A stretch of DNA of 60,238 nucleotides, the filler included. It is 9 parts of 9 records of this genome, joined end to end, with 100 filler letters (N's around TTAATTAATTAA, not from the genome) between each part and the next. Parts side by side here need not be neighbours in the genome. Positions count along the whole stretch, not along the records: positions 47,640 to 55,111 come from SRR31147125_55467; positions 55,212 to 60,238 come from SRR31147125_55492; 7 more parts are not named here. The stretch is one strand, 5' to 3'. The position numbers and the translations under genes were made by a program. This document shows positions 52,854 through 60,238 of this stretch, piece by piece; position 1 is the first letter of the stretch, and every line of letters starts with the position of its first letter. Below the pieces are notes generated by a model, which was not told where the DNA came from, made no database searches, and was given only the letters and a program-made list of their open reading frames with translations.

Positions 52854-53753
52854 CTACAGATTGAAAATATACCCAACAGAAAAACTAAATAGTGAAGTTT
52901 CAGGGTAATCATATTGAACATCCATCGATCGGGGAAAGTTTTTCTTCCAGGCTAACTCAATATCAAAATTACCGGCTGTAAGAGTTAAAGGAAGGCTAAG
53001 CTGACTATTCAGTAATCCAAAAACATCCTCAGTATAGTAGGTAGGAGGAATATCTGGAAACTCATCATATAGGTAAGTGGACAAATCGTACTCAACAGTT
53101 TCTGAACCAAAAAAGAAAGACAATTCAGGCTCAAACCGCAACTTGTTAAATTTACCAAATCTCAATAAGGTTATTTTAGTGTAAATATCCCAATTTAACT
53201 GTGTGCCAATTTCTTTGCCCAGCAAAAATGCGGCATCAAATCGGGTACTTATAATTTTACTTTTTACAGAAGTACCAAGGTTTAAGCTACTGGTATAAAT
53301 TGGATCAAAATCTGGATCATCATTATTATAAAAAAACAAGTCAAAAGAACTTCTAAACCTCAAAAATTTCAGTTTCTTCAATCCTTTCCCATAACCAAAA
53401 GAAAGAACGGTTGTCCTGTATCCGGGATCGAGCTGGCTATACCAAGCCCCAGAAACTCCGACATAAAACCCTTTTGAATGAAGATAAAACAACTGACTAG
53501 AAAGATTATACTGATCGAAACCAATTTCGCGCCCAGCATAAAATGTTTTTGTATCGTAATTTGCACGCCAATATAAGAACTGAAAATTCGTTGTTCCTTT
53601 TACTAAATTGAACAAATCATCATCATCTTCAAAAAGAAAATCAGTTAATAATGAATCGACCCGATCTTCCTGAATTTCAAACACAATATCTTTTTGCGCT
53701 AAAATATTCAGAGCCAAAAACGAAACAACAAATAACAATACAAACTTTTTCAT
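52854..53753 (-). CDS. Hypothetical outer-membrane beta-barrel-like protein
   Basis: Start MKKFVLLF with signal peptide; alternating aromatic strands; C-terminal FSFSVGYIFNL. Confidence 0.7.
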   Translation of the reverse strand: MKKFVLLFVVSFLALNILAQKDIVFEIQEDRVDSLLTDFLFEDDDDLFNLVKGTTNFQFLYWRANYDTKTFYAGREIGFDQYNLSSQLFYLHSKGFYVGVSGAWYSQLDPGYRTTVLSFGYGKGLKKLKFLRFRSSFDLFFYNNDDPDFDPIYTSSLNLGTSVKSKIISTRFDAAFLLGKEIGTQLNWDIYTKITLLRFGKFNKLRFEPELSFFFGSETVEYDLSTYLYDEFPDIPPTYYTEDVFGLLNSQLSLPLTLTAGNFDIELAWKKNFPRSMDVQYDYPETSLFSFSVGYIFNL

Positions 53754-53834
53754 ATTAGAAATTATTTTTAGCAAATGTAAAAAAGAAAGTCTGCCAGTTA
53801 ATACCGACAGACTTATTGACAAAGCAGTGGAAAA

Positions 53835-54548
53835 TTAGTTTCCGCCTCGTTTTCCACGATTTTTTGCACGTTGTTTTAGAAGTTGTTTTTGATCATCAGT
53901 CAACGTTCCGCGGAACTCTTGACGATTTTCCTGACGTTCTTGACGATTTTCCTGCAACATTTCCTGCTGCTCTTCAGTAAGAGTCGCACGTAATGCTTCA
54001 CGACGTTGCTCTCTTGTCATATCAGCATTGTCAAGAATAGCAAGTTGTTCTTCACTCAATGAAGCCCTAAATGCTTCGCGGTTTTCTTGTCTCTGTTCAC
54101 GGTTTTCACCCATCACCCCTTTTTGGTCATCGGAAAGATCTAAGCGCTTGCGGAACATTTTCCTTTGTTGTTGTTGTGTTAGAGTTTCACGAAACTCCTG
54201 ACGTTGTTCTCTTGCTGCTTCTCGATTTGACTCCAATAAAGCCAATTGATCCTCAGAAAGTGTTGCACGAAGTGCTTCACGGCGTTCTTCACGTGTCATC
54301 TCTGCATTATCGAGAATTGCCAGTTGTTCTTCTGAAAGAGTGGCTCTAAAAGCCTCACGGCGCTCCTCATTTGCAGCTTTATTGGCCTCAAGCATAGCTT
54401 GCTGATCTTCGGTTAATTGCCAGCGATGCTGATGCTGGTACTCATTTCCATCTTCTGCTGGCTGATCATCGGTCTGCGCAAAAGCCATCCCTGCAGTTAA
54501 AGCTACCAACATGGCTAATGACATCATTTTTCTAATTAAACTTTTCAT
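53835..54548 (-). CDS. Exported Q/E/R-rich helical repeat protein (LTxxQ, Spy/CpxP-like)
   Basis: Signal peptide ending AFA; two near-identical blocks REAFRA(T/S)LSEEQLAILDNAxMTRExRREALRATL. Confidence 0.75.
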   Translation of the reverse strand: MKSLIRKMMSLAMLVALTAGMAFAQTDDQPAEDGNEYQHQHRWQLTEDQQAMLEANKAANEERREAFRATLSEEQLAILDNAEMTREERREALRATLSEDQLALLESNREAAREQRQEFRETLTQQQQRKMFRKRLDLSDDQKGVMGENREQRQENREAFRASLSEEQLAILDNADMTREQRREALRATLTEEQQEMLQENRQERQENRQEFRGTLTDDQKQLLKQRAKNRGKRGGN

Positions 54549-54652
54549 CTTTCTAGATTTTATTTATTAACGAATTAATTGATTTCATAAGACAACCGAA
54601 TCAAAACAATCCTACCCTACCTTTTTGTAGAAAAGTTTAAAATAAAAACCAA

Positions 54653-55111
54653 TTAAAACGAGAAATTAATAAACATAGTCGGGGTAAATGGCACGGCCTC
54701 AGTTTGATAATTAACAACTGAAACCTCCTGCTCATCAGGGATGCGAATAAAGCTAGGGTACTTCACATTTTCGTAATCAAATACATTCAAAATAGAAAGA
54801 CCAGCTTCAAGCAAAAATTTCTTATTGACTATCTGATAAACTAAAGCCACATCAAAGCGATTATATGCAAATTCAATATTTTTATCCGGATCAATTTTAC
54901 TTGGATATGGAAAGCCCGACCCATAAACATAGTTCATTGAGAAGAAGAAAGGTTTAAAATTTAGAATTGATGCCAATTTCAACTCATGCCTTTGGTCATG
55001 TACCGCTCTAAAAAACTCTCCTCTTTTAAAATCAGGAAAACGTTCCATTGTTTCACTTAATGTATAAGCTGCCCAAATGGAATTCCCTTTCCAATCTTGC
55101 TTGATGAAAAA
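54653..55111 (-). CDS. TonB-dependent receptor-like protein, C-terminal part
   Basis: AAYTLS, HDQRHELK, YGSGFPY, YNRFD, SILNVFD, C-terminal Phe. Confidence 0.75.
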   Translation of the reverse strand, partial: FFIKQDWKGNSIWAAYTLSETMERFPDFKRGEFFRAVHDQRHELKLASILNFKPFFFSMNYVYGSGFPYPSKIDPDKNIEFAYNRFDVALVYQIVNKKFLLEAGLSILNVFDYENVKYPSFIRIPDEQEVSVVNYQTEAVPFTPTMFINFSF

Positions 55112-55211
55112 NNNNNNNNNNNNNNNNNNNNNNNNNNNNNNNNNNNNNNNNNNNNTTAATTAATTAANNNNNNNNNNNNNNNNNNNNNNNNNNNNNNNNN
55201 NNNNNNNNNNN
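55112..55211. other. Artificial contig spacer
   Basis: N44-TTAATTAATTAA-N44. Confidence 0.99.
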
Positions 55212-55922
55212 CTGCCAGATATCGATGCCCATATCGATCATATGGGGGACCAAGGTGGCGGCGTAGGAATCGCTGTGATGTACGATGAGCTCCACGCCGT
55301 TGTCCTTCCAGAACTTGTAAGCTCTTTTGTAGGGGGCGACATAAAACTCCCGGAACATGTCCGGCGAAAGAAAGGTCGATATCTGCCCGCCCCAATCGTC
55401 ATGGTGGAACAGTGCATCGGGCTTCAGATATTTTATCGCCTGTTCGGCGTACGCAATTTCATAGTCAACCAGGTAGTTGATCAGCTCATGCATGCATTCG
55501 GGCTCTTCATACAGATTCATCATGGCGTCTTCCATTCCCATGAGATGGTGGGTCATCTCAAACGTACCCGGCGCATAAAAAGCGGTGACGAATTTATCCT
55601 TTCGATCCACGGCATCGGCATGCGCAACGGCCGCTTTCCATTCGGACGGCCTTGTTTCAACGCTCGGAGCCTTGACAACCTCTTTCCACTTCGTGATATC
55701 TTTCAGAACACGATGCGCATCGTCGTGCATCGGGAATGCACCGATTTGATCTTCGGGCCAGCTGAATGTGATACCCCATTCGTTTTTGATGGTCTCTCCC
55801 CGTTGGGGGCGTTTGCGCAACGGGGCTTCCGGGATGAGTTCCAAAAACTCGTACTGGTTGACGAAACGGTCCGGTACGCCCCCTTTGAGGGTTTCCATCA
55901 AATTTTCTCTTTTGGTTAACAT
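55212..55922 (-). CDS. Uroporphyrinogen-decarboxylase-family (MtaA/CmuA-like) methyltransferase, 3' partial
   Basis: MLTKRENL.., FEMTHHLMGMEDA, HHDDWGGQ..FLSPDMFREF, HHSDS, DMGIDIWQ. AAGGAG RBS. Confidence 0.85.
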
Positions 55923-55967
55923 CAAACTTCTCCTTATCTCACTATCTCGATTCACCCGTTTCTTTTT

Positions 55968-56609
55968 TCAATTCAACACCGTCATTACAAGGTCCTTGGC
56001 CTTGGCCGCGCACGTGCCTGCATCGGGAGCATAGCCGTCCGCTCCGATTTCAGCGGCATATTCCTCCGTCACCGGGGCGCCGCCGACAAAGACCTTGAAT
56101 CCGTTCACACCGCAGGTTTTGAGTGCCGCTACGGTCTCCTTCATTGCCGGCATGGTCGTAGTCAGCAGACCGGAACATGCGACAATCTTGACATCGTCAT
56201 GTTCCTTGACGGCATCGATAAACTGATCGGAAGAGACATCCACCCCAAGATCCACCACCTTGAATCCCGCACTCTCAACCATCATGGCGACCAGGTTCTT
56301 TCCAATGTCATGAAGATCCCCTTTGACGGTACCGATCACACAGGTTCCCAAAGAAATGGTGCCTTCTTCTGCCAAGTGAGGTTTCAGGACTTCCACTCCT
56401 TTTGACATGGCCTTGGCCGCAATGAGCATTTCCGGTACGAACACTTCATTTTTAGAAAATTTATCGCCGATCACCCCCATGGCATCGATCATGGTTTGGA
56501 GCAGATCCAAAGCGGGTATTCCTTCGTCCAGAGCCTCCTGGATCAGCCCGGAGATCAACTTGGTTTTTCCTTTTTCCACACTGGAGTTTACTTCTTCAAT
56601 TTTTGACAT
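55968..56609 (-). CDS. Corrinoid (cobalamin-binding) methyl-carrier protein, MtaC/MttC-like
   Basis: Cap domain (FVPEMLIAAKAM), DxHxxG motif GDLHDIGKNLV, SGLLTTTM, VGGAPV. Confidence 0.95.
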   Translation of the reverse strand: MSKIEEVNSSVEKGKTKLISGLIQEALDEGIPALDLLQTMIDAMGVIGDKFSKNEVFVPEMLIAAKAMSKGVEVLKPHLAEEGTISLGTCVIGTVKGDLHDIGKNLVAMMVESAGFKVVDLGVDVSSDQFIDAVKEHDDVKIVACSGLLTTTMPAMKETVAALKTCGVNGFKVFVGGAPVTEEYAAEIGADGYAPDAGTCAAKAKDLVMTVLN

Positions 56610-56657
56610 GTTTTTTCCTAATTTGGCATCTTTCATTTATCCATTTAAACGTTATGG

Positions 56658-58595
56658 CTACATCCCCAACATTCTCGGCAGGAACAGGCAGATGTCCGGA
56701 ATCATGATCAACAGCGCCACATGCAATATATCTGCGACCAGAAACGGCATGATCCCTTTGAAAATCGTGTGCATGGGCACATCTTTTGCTACCCCTTTGA
56801 TGATGAATACATTGATTCCCACCGGCGGTGTAATCATACCGATTTCGACGACCCGAACCATGATGATGCCGAACCAGATGGGATTAAACCCCAATGTTTC
56901 AATAACGGGAAAGAAGATGGGCACTGTAATAAGAACAATGGAAAGCGAATCCATGACACAGCCTAACAAAAGATAGGCCGTGAGAATTAACATCAAGATG
57001 AGATATCGGTTCAAGGGAAGATTCGACACCACTTCCGACAATGCCGTGGGAAGCTGGGTGATGGTTAAAAAGTAGCCCAAAAACATGGCGCCCATGAGCA
57101 CCACAAAACTCATGGCCGTTGTCTTGACCGAATCTTTCAAACTTTCGGAAATATTGTTCAGGTTGAATCGACGACGTAAAATGATAAAGATAAATGCGCC
57201 AAACGCTCCGACCCCCGCTTCCGTGGGGGTGAAGATTCCCATGTAAAGCCCGCCGATCACCAGCACAAACAAGGCGATCACCCCCCAGGTATCTTTAAGG
57301 GAGATGACCCGCTCCTTCATGGTGGAGCGTCGGCCCGGAGGCCCCATCTCCGGCTTGACCAAACAGATGAGATAGATGGTCGCCATATAGAAAACCACTT
57401 CCAGAATGCCGGGGATAAATCCCGCCATAAACAGGGTGGTAATGGGCTGGGTGGTCAAAAATCCGTAGATGATCAACACCACGCTGGGGGGAATGAGAAT
57501 CCCGAGACTGCCGCCGGCAGCAATACTGCCGGTGGCCAGTGCCGGATTATATTTATACCGCTTCATCTCCGGCAGGGCCACCATGCCCATGGTCGCGGCG
57601 GTGGCCAGACTGGACCCGCTGACGGCGGCAAATCCGCCGCATGCCCCCACGGTGGCCATGGCCAATCCACCGGGAAGATGTCCCAGCCAGCGATAGACCA
57701 TCATGTAGAGATCCGTGCTGATGCCCGTTCTAAACGCAATGGCGCCCATCAAGATAAACAGCGGAACCACGGTGAGGGAATAGTTGCAGGTGGTGTCAAA
57801 CGGGGTGGATTGCAAGAGGGTCAAACCGGCAGGCACATTGATCACCACCATCATTCCCACGGTTCCCACAAGCGACATGCAAAATCCGATGGGAACGCCT
57901 GAAAACAGCAGGATCAGCATCAACACCATGCTAAAAATTCCGACCGTAATGGGATCCAGTGAATCTTTCACGGCAAATCCCCATGCCAGTAACACCATCA
58001 ATCCCCCCATACCGATGACGGGAATCAGCCACTCTTTAACATGCCACGTCTCGGATACTATAGTCTTTGCAGTTGACACCAGATCTCTTAACAGGACCAG
58101 ACAGAGAAGCACGGCGCCGCCGGCCAGCATCAGGGCAAAGGGCCATAGGGGTATTCCAAGAAGTGTGGTCTCTAAAAACCGCTGACGCTGGATACCCATC
58201 TGAACAAACCCTTGAGCGGCAATGCCCGCAACAAGGATCAATGAGAGAAGATGGGAAAAAAAGTTGAGCATCAACTGGGTTTTGGAAGAGAGCAGCATGA
58301 GCAACAGCTCCACCCGGACATGCTCTTTTTGTATGGCGGTATAGCCAACGCCCAGGAACACAATGAGCAGAAGCATCACCTCGGACAGTTCCTGGGTTCC
58401 TTTGATGGGCACATTGAAGAAAAATCGTCCCATGACATCGAGGGCGGTCAGAAACATCATGGCAGCCAATATGATGCCCCCCAAGTGATGAACCCCCAAT
58501 GCAAGGCGTTCCAATTGACCATCCAGCTTTTTCCAAATAGAAATTCGTTCCTTCAGCATACCCAATTCCAATAGACTTGAATTGATCTGAGACAT
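56658..58595 (-). CDS. TRAP transporter fused small + large permease (DctQ-DctM)
   Basis: N-terminal DctQ (DVMGRFFFNVPI..E..HVRVE) followed by DctM (VPLFILMG, GSSLATAATMG, GILIPPS, TPPVGIN). Confidence 0.93.
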   Translation of the reverse strand: MSQINSSLLELGMLKERISIWKKLDGQLERLALGVHHLGGIILAAMMFLTALDVMGRFFFNVPIKGTQELSEVMLLLIVFLGVGYTAIQKEHVRVELLLMLLSSKTQLMLNFFSHLLSLILVAGIAAQGFVQMGIQRQRFLETTLLGIPLWPFALMLAGGAVLLCLVLLRDLVSTAKTIVSETWHVKEWLIPVIGMGGLMVLLAWGFAVKDSLDPITVGIFSMVLMLILLFSGVPIGFCMSLVGTVGMMVVINVPAGLTLLQSTPFDTTCNYSLTVVPLFILMGAIAFRTGISTDLYMMVYRWLGHLPGGLAMATVGACGGFAAVSGSSLATAATMGMVALPEMKRYKYNPALATGSIAAGGSLGILIPPSVVLIIYGFLTTQPITTLFMAGFIPGILEVVFYMATIYLICLVKPEMGPPGRRSTMKERVISLKDTWGVIALFVLVIGGLYMGIFTPTEAGVGAFGAFIFIILRRRFNLNNISESLKDSVKTTAMSFVVLMGAMFLGYFLTITQLPTALSEVVSNLPLNRYLILMLILTAYLLLGCVMDSLSIVLITVPIFFPVIETLGFNPIWFGIIMVRVVEIGMITPPVGINVFIIKGVAKDVPMHTIFKGIMPFLVADILHVALLIMIPDICLFLPRMLGM

Positions 58596-58625
58596 GGCAT
58601 TATCCTTGATTTATCCTTGTCAGGC

Positions 58626-59720
58626 TCATTTATTTTGAGGATATTTGGAAATCTGATTGTATTTCTTTAAAATCGTCAGCATCTCATCATAGTATTGTTG
58701 GGCAGGCAGTCCCCTTTTTTCCAACGTGGCGATATATTTCTCATGAACCGGCCGGGTAGCGATACGCCATTTTTCCAGTTCATCCTCGGAAAGGGAGGTA
58801 TATTCCCACTCTTTTGTCAGCTCTCGTGCCGGTTTTTCCGCAGCATCAAAGACATTTCCTTCCATTAAAGATCCTGCCATGCCGGCGCACTCTTTCCAAA
58901 TCACCTGTTGATCCTCTTTTGATATTTTATCCCAGGATCTCGGGTTGGCCGCGATCCAGAAAGAGACGGTGTACAGGGGAACATCCGTAAGATATTTGAG
59001 CTTGTTCACCGGAATCTGACTGAAGGCTTCCCACACGGATGTGACGCCGTCCACCACCCCTTTTTCAATGGCGACATACAGTTCCGAAATGGTGATGGCC
59101 ACAGGAACGGCACCCAATAGGGTAATGGCATCGGAAGCACGGCTTCCCGACACGCGCAACTGAAGCCCTTTAAGGTCCTCCATGGTATTGACGGGGTGTT
59201 TACTATTGATCACCATAAATGGGCTGGTATTACCGAAATGCAACAATTTCGTTCCTTCATACTCCTTTTGCATTTCCGGAAATTTTTCGTACAATTCCCA
59301 CAAAGCGGCAGTGGCGGCACTGGCATTGGGAATCGGCAAAAGGGGCAGTGACATCATTTCGGTCAAAGGAAATTGTCCGGGATTGTAGGCGTTGACGCCA
59401 AGAGCGATATCGGCGATGCCGGTCTTGACCATATCAAAAAAGGAGGGCGCTTTACCTAACGTCTGTGCAGGAAAAATCTTTATTTTCACACGCCCTTCAG
59501 TCAGGGTTTCGACTTTTTTTGCCCATTTCACATAAAATTCAGTGTGGTGCCAGGATGTCGGGGCGTTCATTGTGGCATACTTCAATATAACGGGTTTTGC
59601 CGATACCGAAGCAGCGATGAAAATCACCGTCAAAAAGACCAGTACACCGACGCCTATGCCCATGCTCATCCCCATCCCCATAATACCCGTACCCGGTACT
59701 CGTTGAGCGTTCCTTTTCAT
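58626..59720 (-). CDS. TRAP transporter substrate-binding protein (DctP)
   Basis: Signal peptide; TEGRVKIKIFP, GIADI, EDLKGLQLRV, ELYVAIEKGVVDG; AGGAG RBS. Confidence 0.93.
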   Translation of the reverse strand: MKRNAQRVPGTGIMGMGMSMGIGVGVLVFLTVIFIAASVSAKPVILKYATMNAPTSWHHTEFYVKWAKKVETLTEGRVKIKIFPAQTLGKAPSFFDMVKTGIADIALGVNAYNPGQFPLTEMMSLPLLPIPNASAATAALWELYEKFPEMQKEYEGTKLLHFGNTSPFMVINSKHPVNTMEDLKGLQLRVSGSRASDAITLLGAVPVAITISELYVAIEKGVVDGVTSVWEAFSQIPVNKLKYLTDVPLYTVSFWIAANPRSWDKISKEDQQVIWKECAGMAGSLMEGNVFDAAEKPARELTKEWEYTSLSEDELEKWRIATRPVHEKYIATLEKRGLPAQQYYDEMLTILKKYNQISKYPQNK

Positions 59721-60007
59721 TGTAATCTTCTCCTTTTTGAATCAAGCATTCATTAAAACATAAATAATGGCCATGTTTGAAACGGCCATGCCGGACAGAC
59801 CTGACACGATACCATATGAAAATCCGGGAACCTGAAACGGTTGGATTTCCTTAAATAAAGAAATGATGGGCTCTCGGATTAGCGAGAGTGGAAGATGATT
59901 GCTGACACACATTTCTCTGTTCAAGCAAAAATTGTTTATTCAAGCATCCGTTTCTATCAGTTTTGAGACTAATCCGTTTATGATCCCACTTTGTAACTAC
60001 ACTACAG

Positions 60008-60023
60008 AGCAACAATTATGCCA
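60008..60023 (-). promoter_or_regulatory. Sigma54 (-24/-12) promoter of the TRAP-corrinoid operon
   Basis: Minus strand TGGCATAATTGTTGCT has exact GG-N10-GC spacing (consensus TGGCAC-N5-TTGC). Confidence 0.75.
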
Positions 60024-60238
60024 TTTTCACCCCTCATTCTCCACAGGCTTTAAGTTATTGAAATAACGACAACTGCAATGACTCACCCTCAATCGGCGCA
60101 ATCTTTGATTTTATGATATATAATAAATTTATTGCATTTCAGATAATATGCGGAATATAGTCTATCGGAAGGAATGAACAAGAAATAACTTTCCCATTTA
60201 GAACCGCCAGGGAACTCATAACAAATAACTTACCCACA

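Noticed and set aside
6333..55211. Regularly recurring TTAATTAATTAA motif and cross-spacer gene neighbourhoods
   Set aside because: Synthetic six-frame-stop linker between contigs; not a biological repeat, and adjacency across it is arbitrary.
59742..59924. 60-aa ORF in the dctP leader
   Set aside because: TTG start, no clear RBS and no recognisable features.

Overview
This window is not one locus. It is nine unrelated contigs joined by identical artificial 100-nt spacers (44 N + TTAATTAATTAA + 44 N), so neighbourhoods across spacers mean nothing. Taxon labels are inferences from gene style. (1) 1-6332: large acidic S-layer/adhesin gene, Rpn-family remnants and the 5' end of a GT2 glycosyltransferase. 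(2) 6433-14675, Clostridia-like: tRNA-Arg(CCG), a duplicated att-like block, an OmpR-type two-component system with a lipoprotein, lgt and a surface protein. (3) 14776-20768: nucleoside ABC transporter, amidohydrolase, HAD hydrolase and FGGY kinase. (4) 20869-27170, Desulfobulbales-like: nitroreductase, stand-alone RapZ C-terminal domain, aldo-keto reductase, gloB, ABC transporter and a CTAG-flanked palindrome. (5) 27271-33272: a eukaryotic contig with short GT-AG introns (WAPL, an F-box/Sel1 gene, dynein intermediate chain WDR63/DNAI3). (6) 33373-39360, Desulfobacter-like: multi-component signalling cluster and SulP. (7) 39461-47539, spirochaete-like: cysS, murB, mgtE, ackA, GntR, glycerate kinase. 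(8) 47640-55111, Bacteroidales: ychF, ECF sigma operon, hutH, hisS. (9) 55212-60238: sigma54-preceded TRAP transporter, corrinoid protein and UroD-family methyltransferase. Several single-base losses, nearly all in homopolymers, look like sequencing errors; one of them probably creates the apparent murB-mgtE fusion. I see no unambiguous new system. The best leads are the orphan RpnS-like genes, the TRAP-corrinoid operon, the amidohydrolase lacking its HxxE glutamate, the protist contig and the CTAG-bounded element.
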